Below are positions 26,612-36,009 of a DNA stretch of 51,451 nucleotides, piece by piece; position 1 is the stretch's first letter; each line of letters opens with the position of its first letter. The notes beneath the pieces were generated by a model that was given only the letters and a program-made list of their open reading frames with translations, made no database searches and was not told where the DNA came from. The DNA lies in the NCBI GenBank assembly GCA_946578345.1, contig CAMOBD010000003.1, positions 1-51,451 of the forward strand, read 5' to 3'. Source of the stretch: an uncultured Clostridium sp. (GTDB taxonomy: Bacteria; Bacillota; Clostridia; TANB77; CAG-508). The position numbers and the translations under genes are program-made.

Positions 26612-27103
26612 TTAATTTTTATTTAAAAATTCCAAACAGTATTCAAAAAACTCAGCATGACTATCTGAGAATTTTTTAGCCTCAATTAACTTATTAATTT
26701 CTTCTATCGATGCCCATTTTACATCTTCCACTTCTTCTTTTTGCATTACTACATTATTAATATCAACATTAGCTTTTAAATAATATAAATCTACAAAATC
26801 ATCTTCTGTTTTTATTGTTTTAAATAATATAATTTTTTTATCTGCTAAATCTAATCCTAATTCTTCTCTTATTTCAGTAAAAATTCCTTGTTTGCTAGTT
26901 TCTCCAGATACTGGATGTCCACCTGTGGTAGACCACTTTCCATCTTTCTTTAAAACTCTTTTTTGTATTAAAAAATCTCCTTCATCATTTTGAATCCATA
27001 CTGCTACAGTAATATAATATCTTCCTTCTGGAACTTTCTCTCCTTTAAAAATTGTTTCACCAGTAAGTTTCTTATTTTCATCATATAAATCTCTTTTCTC
27101 CAT
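26612..27103 (-). CDS. NUDIX hydrolase (IDI-like subfamily)
   Basis: DLYDEN..TG, LIQKR, GGHPVSGETSKQGIFTEIREELG. Confidence 0.85.
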   Translation of the reverse strand: MEKRDLYDENKKLTGETIFKGEKVPEGRYYITVAVWIQNDEGDFLIQKRVLKKDGKWSTTGGHPVSGETSKQGIFTEIREELGLDLADKKIILFKTIKTEDDFVDLYYLKANVDINNVVMQKEEVEDVKWASIEEINKLIEAKKFSDSHAEFFEYCLEFLNKN

Positions 27104-27125
27104 TTTCTTATTTTTCTCCTTTTTA

Positions 27126-28268
27126 TCAAATCATTAAATCAAAGTAATTTTTAGCAAAAGTATTTAGATTATATTTCTTACTCCATTTATCGTTAGGTAG
27201 ATTCCTTTCTTCATATTTTTTACTAATTATTAGTTCTTGCAATCTGTTTTTCAATTCAACTGCTGAATTATCAAATATTTGAATATTATTATTGCCTTCT
27301 GCTATCTCTTTAAAAGTAGGTATATTATTTAGTATGGTAGGTATACCTAGAGATAACGATTCTAGTGCCGAATATCCAAAGCTTTCTGATCTGCTTGGTA
27401 ATACTGTTAAATCAGCAATTTTATATGCTTCGGACATTTTATCGAATCGAATTATTTTTATATCTAAATTATTATTTTTTGCTTTGTCTTGAAGTTCTTG
27501 AACAAATTTAATGTATTGCTTGTCTAAGCCAGTAAATACAATTTCTATTTTATCTTTTATATCATTTTCTAATAAACAACACGCTTCAATAACAAGCATT
27601 GGTTGCTTTTGCATAGGCTCTAATCTACTTGGTACAAGTATTCTTATTTTTTCTCTATTCAAATTATATTTTTCAATAATATCATCTTTACAATTTTTAG
27701 TATATAACCTGTTTACATCTATGGCATGTGGAATGTATTTTATTCCACACTCTGTTAATTTTTCATATTCTTCAGCATAATATTTTGATGGTGCTACAAA
27801 TGTCGTAAGTTCATTATTTTTATATTTTTTCATTAATTCTAGCATTTTTACAAATGATTTTTTACCCCAAGCCAATTCATACTCAAACGGATTTGTATGT
27901 ATTGTAAATATTCTTTTTTTCCCTTTCCATGCTTGTAAAAAAAGTTGTGAATTCAAATGGATGCAATCATATTTTGAAACATCAATTTTATTTTCTATTT
28001 TTTTAGCCAATTCATTATATGATTCTTCAGTTTCAAAATTACCAAATGTATCTTGTATTATATATTCATCAGCTTCTCCTTGCATTTCAAACAAGTTTAT
28101 ATTTATATAATTTATACCTTGTTCCTTATGGTTTTCTCCCGAAAACATATATACATCTATTTCATTTCCTAACTCTTTTAGAGATTCAGCTAAGTCTATT
28201 ACAAATCTTTCAGTTCCTCCAATTGACTTACCTGATATTGCCCAAGGATTTATTATGGCTATTTTCAC
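27126..28268 (-). CDS. GT4 glycosyltransferase
   Basis: GTG start after GAGGAGG; GGTERF, IPHAID, SRL..K, PSRSESFGYSALES. Confidence 0.85.
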   Translation of the reverse strand: MKIAIINPWAISGKSIGGTERFVIDLAESLKELGNEIDVYMFSGENHKEQGINYININLFEMQGEADEYIIQDTFGNFETEESYNELAKKIENKIDVSKYDCIHLNSQLFLQAWKGKKRIFTIHTNPFEYELAWGKKSFVKMLELMKKYKNNELTTFVAPSKYYAEEYEKLTECGIKYIPHAIDVNRLYTKNCKDDIIEKYNLNREKIRILVPSRLEPMQKQPMLVIEACCLLENDIKDKIEIVFTGLDKQYIKFVQELQDKAKNNNLDIKIIRFDKMSEAYKIADLTVLPSRSESFGYSALESLSLGIPTILNNIPTFKEIAEGNNNIQIFDNSAVELKNRLQELIISKKYEERNLPNDKWSKKYNLNTFAKNYFDLMI

Positions 28269-29382
28269 TTTTATCCTCCTCTCTATTTTCAATATACTGA
28301 TTCTGGATTATTTCATCTGAAACTTTTATTTTTCTTTTAAACTTACTATTATCTTTATTTTCAATCTTATATCCTTTTTCAATAATTTTAACATAGTTTT
28401 CTTGTAAATGCACTCTAGAATATTCATAAGCCCTTTTACTCATTTCTGCATATTCATCAATAGATATATCCATCTTTTGTGCCTTTTTTCCTTTTGGAAT
28501 AACATAACCAATATTATTATTAGATACTGTTTCTGAAAAATCTATCACATCTGAAACAATTACAGGTTTGCCCCTTACTAGTCCATCAATTAATGAATTC
28601 GGTACATCTTTAACTATTCTTTTTTGTGGAACAAATGCAACGAAGTCTGAATTGTCGAACAAATTAATTAATGTATCCATATTATTATGAATATCTAATA
28701 GACTTACTCTATCCCAAACTCCTAATTTTTTAGCCATTTGTTCGAATGCTTGTGTATCATTATCTCTTAAAGGAATTGTTAATGAAAAGTTAGTATTTTC
28801 TTTTAGTAGTTGTAAAAGATATTCTAAACCTCTTTCTCTAATTGCATCTCCTTCTTTATTATTCCAACTTGCAAAAAGTATATTTACATTCGATGGGTTA
28901 AATTCTTTATTACTTCTTTTTCTTGGTATTTTAGATGGAGTTGGTGTTACCATAATTTTATTTTCTTGAATACCATACTGCATTAATATTTCTTTATGTT
29001 TTTCTAATTCCACAAATACCCTTTTTAAATTTTTATATTTTTTTAAATGTTCTGCATATTCCTTGTTTGGTCTTCTATACATGGATACAAATAAAGGATT
29101 ATCTGAAGAATTAAATAATATTCTTTTCCATAAACTTGACTCTTCTTCAAATACATGAACAGTATCTTTTGAATTTTTCTTTACCTCTCTTATTGCCTTT
29201 AAAAAATATATAAATGGACGATATACATAAATATTATCCTGTTTATCTTGTTCTTGTAGTGGCTTTTGCCCCATAAATCTAGTTGCAGATATTATTTTAC
29301 CATTATTTCTCTTTGAAATCAATTCCATCTGATTTGAAACCGCTTCTTTATATCTTACAAAGAAATCATTGATTATAATCAT
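28228..29382 (-). CDS. GT-B fold (GT4-like) glycosyltransferase
   Basis: RGLEYLL, DVPNSLIDGLVRGKPVIVSD (divergent EX7E-like motif). Confidence 0.7.
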   Translation of the reverse strand: MIIINDFFVRYKEAVSNQMELISKRNNGKIISATRFMGQKPLQEQDKQDNIYVYRPFIYFLKAIREVKKNSKDTVHVFEEESSLWKRILFNSSDNPLFVSMYRRPNKEYAEHLKKYKNLKRVFVELEKHKEILMQYGIQENKIMVTPTPSKIPRKRSNKEFNPSNVNILFASWNNKEGDAIRERGLEYLLQLLKENTNFSLTIPLRDNDTQAFEQMAKKLGVWDRVSLLDIHNNMDTLINLFDNSDFVAFVPQKRIVKDVPNSLIDGLVRGKPVIVSDVIDFSETVSNNNIGYVIPKGKKAQKMDISIDEYAEMSKRAYEYSRVHLQENYVKIIEKGYKIENKDNSKFKRKIKVSDEIIQNQYIENREEDKSENSHNKSLGNIR

Positions 29383-29394
29383 ATTTTCCTCCAG

Positions 29395-30390
29395 TTATAC
29401 AATTTTTTTATCAAAAAATTTTTCTAATACTTTATTTATGTATTTATCGTCATTAAAATATTTATCTACTATTGTATATCTTCCATTTCTTGGTTTCAAA
29501 TTTTTAGTACATCTTTGTATAATATCTTTATTAATTCCATAGATATATTGTTTATCTAGAACTTTTAGTTTATAAATTGAATTTATTATTTCGTCTATTT
29601 CCCTTCCTTGTGCTATTGACATTATAATAATTCCCAAAGATACAGATGTACCATGAGGTATGTCAATCATACTTTCTAATTCTTTAGCAAATATATGCTC
29701 TGATCCACTTTCAGGTCTTCCTGTGCCATATAAATTAGTAATATAACCAGCTATTCCTATATACTCAAATAATTTATTATTGTTATTAATTATTTCTCCA
29801 AATGATTTTTGCTTAATAAACTGTATTACTTCATTTAGTAAATTTATTGACATATCATATATTTTCTTATCAATTTTCTCTCCAATATCTAAAGATGCTA
29901 ACTTCCAGTCATACGAAGCTGTAAATATAGACAAGACATCTGCTAATCCGTACAGATTTTCTGTTTCAGACATTTTTAATATATTATCATCTAGTAGGAT
30001 ACAATCTGGCATTTTAGCTTCTAGTGTAGTTTTCTTTCCATTTTCTATCAATGCTACTTTATTTGTAGCATACGAATTAGTTGAAAGCATTGAAGGAATA
30101 CATATATATTTATTCTTTAATTTATGAGAAATATATTTTCCTATATCAATGGTACTTCCTCCACCAAAACTAACTATTTTTTCTATGTCTTTATTTTCTT
30201 TTACTACTATATCTATGTTTTCAATTTTTTTAGATATCTCATGCCAATTAATTGTTTTTACCTTATCATTTTTAAATTTAATTTTCTTAATTGATGTAGG
30301 GGAATATATAAATAATGTATTCTCATCCAAATTATTTATATATTGATTTACATTTCTTTTTACAGTTACATCCATAAAATAGTCCATCAT
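29395..30390 (-). CDS. glycerol-1-phosphate dehydrogenase-like protein (DHQS/Fe-ADH superfamily)
   Basis: GGGSTIDIGKY, PSMLSTNS, SGSEH, PHG. Confidence 0.8.
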   Translation of the reverse strand: MMDYFMDVTVKRNVNQYINNLDENTLFIYSPTSIKKIKFKNDKVKTINWHEISKKIENIDIVVKENKDIEKIVSFGGGSTIDIGKYISHKLKNKYICIPSMLSTNSYATNKVALIENGKKTTLEAKMPDCILLDDNILKMSETENLYGLADVLSIFTASYDWKLASLDIGEKIDKKIYDMSINLLNEVIQFIKQKSFGEIINNNNKLFEYIGIAGYITNLYGTGRPESGSEHIFAKELESMIDIPHGTSVSLGIIIMSIAQGREIDEIINSIYKLKVLDKQYIYGINKDIIQRCTKNLKPRNGRYTIVDKYFNDDKYINKVLEKFFDKKIV

Positions 30391-30399
30391 TAATTACCT

Positions 30400-31476
30400 C
30401 TATAAATATTTTTCATATTTTTCTTCTAGTTTTATTTTCTCTAGCATTTGTGGTAAGTCATTTATATTTTTCTTATTATAAATGATACATACTTTATTGT
30501 CTTTTATTACATTAACATTTTCAAGACCTATTGTAATAAGTAAATTATCACTTTTGTTTAATATATTTGTATTACTTGTTTCTTTCGTAATTATTAAATC
30601 TCCTATAATAACATTGTTTTTTGTATCTTTTTCGTGAATCTCAAAAAAATCCTTTACACTTCCAATATCCATCCATTTAAAGTTTCCTCTTATCATTTTT
30701 ACATTATTAGATTTTTCTAAGATTCCTTTGTCAATAGAAATATTTTCTACTTTGCCATATATCTCTTTAATTATTTGTTGTTCCTCATTCGTATTAATAG
30801 AAATATATAATTTGTCTTTAAGTTTATATATATTGGGTAAATATTTTTTGAAACTTTTTAATATAGATTCTACTTTCCAAATAAACATTCCACTATTCCA
30901 TACATAACAATTACTTTTTATATATTCTAATGCCTTTTCATACTTTGGTTTTTCTTTAAATTCAATTACTGAATAATAATCCTTATCTTTAGTATTAACA
31001 TATTTGATATAACCAAATCCAGTAGCTGGATATGTAGGTGTTATTCCTATTGTCACTAGATTCTCATTACACATTGCTACTTCCATAGCTGTTATTATAC
31101 TTTCTTGTAATTTATCTTTTTCTTCAATATAATGATCTGATGACAAGACTGTAATAATACCATCACTCTTAATCTTTTTTATTTTTAATGTTGCATAAAA
31201 TATACACATAGCTGTATTTTTTGATTCTGGTTCAGTAATAATATTTTCTCTTGGTATTCTGTTATCAATGTACCTATAAGCCAAATCTGATTGTTGTTCA
31301 TTAATAATTATAAAAATATTTTCGTAATCAAATATTTCTTCTATTCTTCGTATTGTCTCATTTATCATTATTTCAGTCCCATACAAATTCAAAAATTGTT
31401 TTGGCTTCTTCTCTGTGCTAATTGGCCATAATCTAGTCCCTTTTCCTCCGGCTAAAATTAATGCATATTTATTCAT
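30400..31476 (-). CDS. manC: mannose-1-phosphate guanylyltransferase-like nucleotidyltransferase
   Basis: ILAGGKGTRLWP..PKQFL, EPESKNTA, FKEKP, WNSGMF, WMDIGS. Confidence 0.85.
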   Translation of the reverse strand: MNKYALILAGGKGTRLWPISTEKKPKQFLNLYGTEIMINETIRRIEEIFDYENIFIIINEQQSDLAYRYIDNRIPRENIITEPESKNTAMCIFYATLKIKKIKSDGIITVLSSDHYIEEKDKLQESIITAMEVAMCNENLVTIGITPTYPATGFGYIKYVNTKDKDYYSVIEFKEKPKYEKALEYIKSNCYVWNSGMFIWKVESILKSFKKYLPNIYKLKDKLYISINTNEEQQIIKEIYGKVENISIDKGILEKSNNVKMIRGNFKWMDIGSVKDFFEIHEKDTKNNVIIGDLIITKETSNTNILNKSDNLLITIGLENVNVIKDNKVCIIYNKKNINDLPQMLEKIKLEEKYEKYL

Positions 31477-31478
31477 TT

Positions 31479-32063
31479 TTACCTTTCTTCATCCCCCTTA
31501 AGTTTTTTTAATAATCCTGTATATGTTTTATTGTCTTTTACTTTTTCTCTTTTAATTATAGGTTGGTATCCTTTTCTAATATAATCTTCTTCTACAAATT
31601 TTTCATACTTTGTTAAGATACTTAGTACTCTTTTAGCTTCTTCCTCATTATCTGACATATGTATTAAATTATCAAAAAAATATCCATCAATCTTACTAGA
31701 GTATTCATCTCTTATCTGTTGCTTAAGTTTTCTTGCTTCTATACATTGACTAATTCCATTTTTTTCATTTATTTTATAAGTTGGATTATCAATTTTAACT
31801 ATAAATACAATTGCCTTTGTATTATCTGTAGTTTTCATATTTCTTATTTTTTCGTAAATATATCCATCTTGAAATGCCTCATCATCACCATTATAACAGT
31901 CTAAAACAAATGAATCATATTTATCTTTTAAATCATATACTCTAACTTGAATTACATCTTGCATTATCGCGATTTTTAACATCATTTCTCTTGCATATTT
32001 ATTTCCCATATTCCATAAAATCCCCACAGGATATATGGTTTCTTTTACATTACTTTTATACAT
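31479..32063 (-). CDS. hypothetical protein, first gene of the sugar-modification operon
   Basis: 194 aa; K..IR..Y...DNLIHMSDNEEE resembles an NDP-kinase-like C-terminus. Confidence 0.65.
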   Translation of the reverse strand: MYKSNVKETIYPVGILWNMGNKYAREMMLKIAIMQDVIQVRVYDLKDKYDSFVLDCYNGDDEAFQDGYIYEKIRNMKTTDNTKAIVFIVKIDNPTYKINEKNGISQCIEARKLKQQIRDEYSSKIDGYFFDNLIHMSDNEEEAKRVLSILTKYEKFVEEDYIRKGYQPIIKREKVKDNKTYTGLLKKLKGDEER

Positions 32064-32190
32064 ATTATTCTCCTATACATAAAAGATTAAATATTTAATA
32101 CAAATCCTTGCATACTTCTATATTTTACCATTTCATTTAGTTTATGTCAACTTTCTTTGCATACCTTTTTTCTTAAAATTAATACTATCA

Positions 32191-32421
32191 TTATTTTTTC
32201 ATAATCTTTTTTAACTCTTCTAAATATTCTCTCATTACATCTCTAAATTCTAATTCTATTGTATCATTAGTTTTATTGTAGCAGATTTGTAATAAATCTA
32301 AATCTAGTAATGAATTATTATAAAAGCTAAAAGTAATTTTGTTATCATTTATCAGTCTGTTTAATAAATCCCTAAAAATATTCATATCTATTTCTTCATT
32401 TTTCATTTTCATTATTCTCAC
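32191..32421 (-). CDS. small hypothetical protein
   Basis: 76-aa ORF divergent from the XRE regulator; start uncertain. Confidence 0.5.
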   Translation of the reverse strand: MRIMKMKNEEIDMNIFRDLLNRLINDNKITFSFYNNSLLDLDLLQICYNKTNDTIELEFRDVMREYLEELKKIMKK

Positions 32422-32518
32422 CTTATATAATTTTTATTTTTACCCATTGCTTAATGTCATAATACCACAAACTTAAGGATAAAATCAATATAAATTATAA
32501 AAAAGGTGGAATAATATT

Positions 32519-32779
32519 ATGGCTGTTAGAAAATTAAATAATAATCTAAATGTTATTGGAGACAATCTAAGAAAATACAGAAAAGAAAAACACTTATCTC
32601 AAGCAGATTTAACTATGGAACTTAATCTACTTGGAATCAATCTTCATAAAAATGATATTTATATGATTGAAAACAACAAAAGAACAGTTAAAGATTATGA
32701 AATATGGGGTTTTATAAAAGTTTTAAATATAACTTTTGATGATTTATTTGCTGGAATAGAAAATAAGTTAGAAAATTAG
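32519..32779 (+). CDS. XRE-family HTH transcriptional regulator
   Basis: IGDNLRKYRKEKHLSQADL..IENNKRTV. Confidence 0.9.
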   Translation: MAVRKLNNNLNVIGDNLRKYRKEKHLSQADLTMELNLLGINLHKNDIYMIENNKRTVKDYEIWGFIKVLNITFDDLFAGIENKLEN

Positions 32780-32785
32780 ATTTTT

Positions 32786-32818
32786 ACTCAAAAAGTATTA
32801 TGAGTACTTTTTGAGTAT
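32786..32818. terminator. stem-loop between convergent genes
   Basis: TACTCAAAAAGTA...TACTTTTTGAGTA. Confidence 0.6.
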
Positions 32819-32820
32819 TC

Positions 32821-34092
32821 CTATATTTTCTCTTCTTCTTCAAACCAATCAAAACTACTAGAATTCTTATTTTTCAAATACCATTCTTTTATAGATTGTT
32901 TTGATAAATTCTTTTTCCAACCTTTAATTTTTCTTGGATGCTTTATATTATTAGGTCTAGTTATATTCGCTAATATATCAATTGCTATTAATGTAATAGA
33001 GTTATTATCCAACCTGATATAATCCCTATAATTATTGCTATAAAAATTGTCTTTATTTTGAAAGCTATATTTTTCTCGTTGTATTTCTCTTCTTGATGTA
33101 TAAATTCGTTCATCTTGTCCATAACAATTGTTTCCACATTCTCTATCAATTTTTCTTGTAAATCGTTCATAATGCTCTGTATTTCTTGCTTGTCCTTTTT
33201 CAAAGTCGTCCTTATTTCGTTTATATCTTCTGTCGCTTGTTTGTTCCAAATTATCATTTCTGTTACTATATCTGGATCTAATAACATGTATTTCATTATT
33301 ATGGGTGTTTGTGCTATTTGTTGTTCTTCCGGTATGTCTATTTGATTTTTCTTCTTTAATTCCTCCATTGATGGCATTTTCCATCTCCTCCTTTAAATAT
33401 TTTTTATCATGTAATTTATTGTCTCTACATTTCATTCCCTCAGGTGTTGTATAAGTTATATATTTTCTTTTTTTAGTCCATAAAACTTGATATCCTAATT
33501 TATTCATGTTTTTAAAAAATTCATTTTTATTTTTACTTTTTCCTAATGAATAATCAATGGCATTTGTTAATTTCATTTTCCAACTTTGTCCTTTTAATGC
33601 TACTTGATATTCATTTTTATTATATATTCCTTGATACTTTTTCTTTTCTATTATTTCGAGTCCTGCATCTTTACAGAGTTTATCAGAATAATCTTTTACT
33701 TTCTGCATATTATTTTTTGATTGATTAAATTTCTTTCCACTTTCAAGATTAACAGAATTTATAATCAAATGATTATGTATATGCTCTCTATCAGTATGTG
33801 TTGCAACTAATACTTGAAAACCTTGAAAATAGTTTGAAAGTTTTATTCCTATTTCATGTGCTTTTTGAAAATTTAAATCATCTTTTGGGCTAAATGATTG
33901 AACAATATGTATATATTGCCTTCCACCATTTTTATTATAAAATTCTTTAACTGTTTTCATTTCTTCCAAACAACTATTAGCAACACAATCTTTTCCTGTT
34001 ATTAAATTTACATTTGTTTTATCTGTCCTTGTAACATAATCGATTATTGTTTTTAACTCTGCTTTTGAATTAGTAAATTTAATAATTGCCAA
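32821..34092 (-). CDS. MOBP-type relaxase
   Basis: TTG start after AAGGAG; IDYV, HIVQSFSP, ATHTDREHIHNHLIINSV. Confidence 0.9.
   Translation of the reverse strand: MAIIKFTNSKAELKTIIDYVTRTDKTNVNLITGKDCVANSCLEEMKTVKEFYNKNGGRQYIHIVQSFSPKDDLNFQKAHEIGIKLSNYFQGFQVLVATHTDREHIHNHLIINSVNLESGKKFNQSKNNMQKVKDYSDKLCKDAGLEIIEKKKYQGIYNKNEYQVALKGQSWKMKLTNAIDYSLGKSKNKNEFFKNMNKLGYQVLWTKKRKYITYTTPEGMKCRDNKLHDKKYLKEEMENAINGGIKEEKSNRHTGRTTNSTNTHNNEIHVIRSRYSNRNDNLEQTSDRRYKRNKDDFEKGQARNTEHYERFTRKIDRECGNNCYGQDERIYTSRREIQREKYSFQNKDNFYSNNYRDYIRLDNNSITLIAIDILANITRPNNIKHPRKIKGWKKNLSKQSIKEWYLKNKNSSSFDWFEEEEKI
32988..33377 (-). CDS. ORF nested out of frame in the relaxase 3' half (MobB-like, coiled coil with C-terminal TM)
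   Basis: AGGAGGAG RBS before the ATG; C-terminal hydrophobic IFIAIIIGIISGWIITLLH. Confidence 0.55.
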   Translation of the reverse strand: MPSMEELKKKNQIDIPEEQQIAQTPIIMKYMLLDPDIVTEMIIWNKQATEDINEIRTTLKKDKQEIQSIMNDLQEKLIENVETIVMDKMNEFIHQEEKYNEKNIAFKIKTIFIAIIIGIISGWIITLLH

Positions 34093-34376
34093 ATAGACTT
34101 CATCTCCTTTTTTACATCTTCTAAATTTATATTTGTTAATCTTCCTTGATTGCATAATTTAGTTAATTGATTTATGTTATTTCCTATTTTTCTTAATTGC
34201 ATTATTATTTCTTCTAATCCATCTATAACTATAATGTCTTTATCTATTGCTGTTCTTAATAAATATTCGCTAGTATTTAATTTTGAGTTTTCTATTTTAC
34301 TCTTTATTTTGTTATACTCTTTTTCATTTACTCTAAAATTAAAATGTCTATTTTTATTTTGTTTTTTCTCTGTCAT
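34053..34376 (-). CDS. mobC: MobC relaxosome accessory protein
   Basis: RHH-like FRVNEKEY..SEYL; LRKIGNNINQLTK. Confidence 0.85.
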   Translation of the reverse strand: MTEKKQNKNRHFNFRVNEKEYNKIKSKIENSKLNTSEYLLRTAIDKDIIVIDGLEEIIMQLRKIGNNINQLTKLCNQGRLTNINLEDVKKEMKSIWQLLNLLIQKQS

Positions 34377-34399
34377 AATTAACCTATCCTTTCTTTTTA

Positions 34400-34480
34400 T
34401 GGGGTTTGGGTTCTCCCAATTTTTCATCGCTAATCTCTATTTTCAAGTCCATTTGTATTACAAATGGGAAGCTTGCCTAA
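34400..34480. other. putative oriT
   Basis: IR CCATTTGTA-T-TACAAATGG followed by AGCTTGCC (pC221-family nic-like core), directly upstream of mobC. Confidence 0.55.
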
Positions 34481-34510
34481 AATAAAGTCAAAAAAATAAA
34501 CTTGTTATAG

Positions 34511-34996
34511 TTACAAGTTTGTATTTAGATTTGCATATAGTCCATTAAAAAATTCTTCTGAATATTCTCTACCTATATACTTTTTATTTTTTATATTTCT
34601 TTTTATATCTTTATCATTTGTGTTAATAGGTATTTTACAATTTTGATAATTCGTTTTATCATTTTTGTTAATAGTGTATCCACAATTTTGATAATACCTG
34701 TTCATAATTTCTTTTAAAGGTATTATTTGTCTATTTTCTATTTCTTTTGAATTTGATTTATAATTCATATTTATTTTTATATAGTTCTTTTTCTTTAAAG
34801 AATTTATTATTCTTGATATGCTTACTACTGTTACATTTAAAATATCAGAAAAATAATTATTAGTTGCAAAACAGTATCCTTTATCTTTGCTTAAATATAT
34901 AATCATAGATAATATTATTTTCTCTTTGTCCGTCAATTTGTTGTTTATCAATATTTCTGATGGCATCCATAATCCTTTTAAATCTAATTTATTCAT
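34511..34996 (-). CDS. HTH-domain replication initiator-like protein
   Basis: LTDKEKIIL..GYCFATNNYFS..SISRIINSLKKKNYI. Confidence 0.7.
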   Translation of the reverse strand: MNKLDLKGLWMPSEILINNKLTDKEKIILSMIIYLSKDKGYCFATNNYFSDILNVTVVSISRIINSLKKKNYIKINMNYKSNSKEIENRQIIPLKEIMNRYYQNCGYTINKNDKTNYQNCKIPINTNDKDIKRNIKNKKYIGREYSEEFFNGLYANLNTNL

Positions 34997-35019
34997 TTTA
35001 TTTTATATCATCTCCTATC

Positions 35020-35050
35020 AAAAAAAGACTAAGTATTAATTTACTTAGTC
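35020..35050 (-). terminator. intrinsic terminator of the MTase-MBL operon
   Basis: GACTAAGTA/TACTTAGTC hairpin followed by T7 on the minus strand. Confidence 0.7.
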
Positions 35051-35067
35051 CATCAATCTTTTTCAGT

Positions 35068-36009
35068 TCAATAATTTTTCACGCAAAATAGTTTTTGTGC
35101 TTTAATATCATAATCTTTTATTATTATATTATCATCTATATCAACAGTAATATTACCAAAACATTCACAGTTACTTCCACAAATACTAGTTGAATTAGTA
35201 CATAATATTTTGATTTTATTTTTTCTTAATTCTCTAATCGTATCAATGTTTGGATGTTTATATTTTTTATTTTCAGCAGTTGATATAATAGCATAATTTG
35301 GTTTAATAATATCCAATATTTCTCTTGTACTCATTGCCTTTTCACCTCTTATATAAAAAGCTCCATGGTGTGGCATTTTTAATATATCTACATTTAACCT
35401 TTCTTCGTTTTTATGTTTTTTTACAAAATTATATAATTTAAACCAACCTTCTGATTCTAAATCTCCTGTTAATAGTACTTTACTATTTTTATATTTTATT
35501 TCTACAACTCCAGAATAATTATTTACTGTGTATTCCCCAGTTATGTCTTCTAATCGAGGATAGATTAAATTTATTTTTAAGTTCATATGGTTATATATTT
35601 TTTTTTCTTTATTAACTCCATCTATAATATTTGAATTAGGGACAAAATCTCCACTAGATGCCATACCAGCAATTTTTGCTAAAAAACTTCCATATATTTT
35701 ACTTTCTTTTCCTTCACGATAGATTCTATCTGGATAATAAAACATATTCTTTAACCTTATTTTTTCTTCTTTCAATTTGCTTAATAAAATATCAAACCCT
35801 TTATAGTGATCAATATGAAAGTGACTTATCACTATTGCTTCTATATATCTAATACCATACTCTTTCAAAACATTATATGTCTTTATCCCATCATTACAGT
35901 CAATTATCATAGCAGTTTCGTATTTTTCTTTATTTGGAAATAAAACTACTATTCCATCTCCATGATACACATTTAGAAAAATTATTTTTAGAGGCAATAT
36001 GTTATTCAT
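35068..36009 (-). CDS. ComEC/Rec2-like metallo-beta-lactamase-fold hydrolase (no TM domain)
   Basis: FLNVYHGD, IDC, SHFHIDH, LLTGD, KMPHHG, YKHP; overlaps the MTase stop by 8 nt. Confidence 0.85.
   Translation of the reverse strand: MNNILPLKIIFLNVYHGDGIVVLFPNKEKYETAMIIDCNDGIKTYNVLKEYGIRYIEAIVISHFHIDHYKGFDILLSKLKEEKIRLKNMFYYPDRIYREGKESKIYGSFLAKIAGMASSGDFVPNSNIIDGVNKEKKIYNHMNLKINLIYPRLEDITGEYTVNNYSGVVEIKYKNSKVLLTGDLESEGWFKLYNFVKKHKNEERLNVDILKMPHHGAFYIRGEKAMSTREILDIIKPNYAIISTAENKKYKHPNIDTIRELRKNKIKILCTNSTSICGSNCECFGNITVDIDDNIIIKDYDIKAQKLFCVKNY

Noticed and set aside
28228-28292. Programmed fusion of the two glycosyltransferases
   Set aside because: The downstream gene has its own GAGGAGG RBS and GTG start at 28268, so a simple overlap is sufficient.
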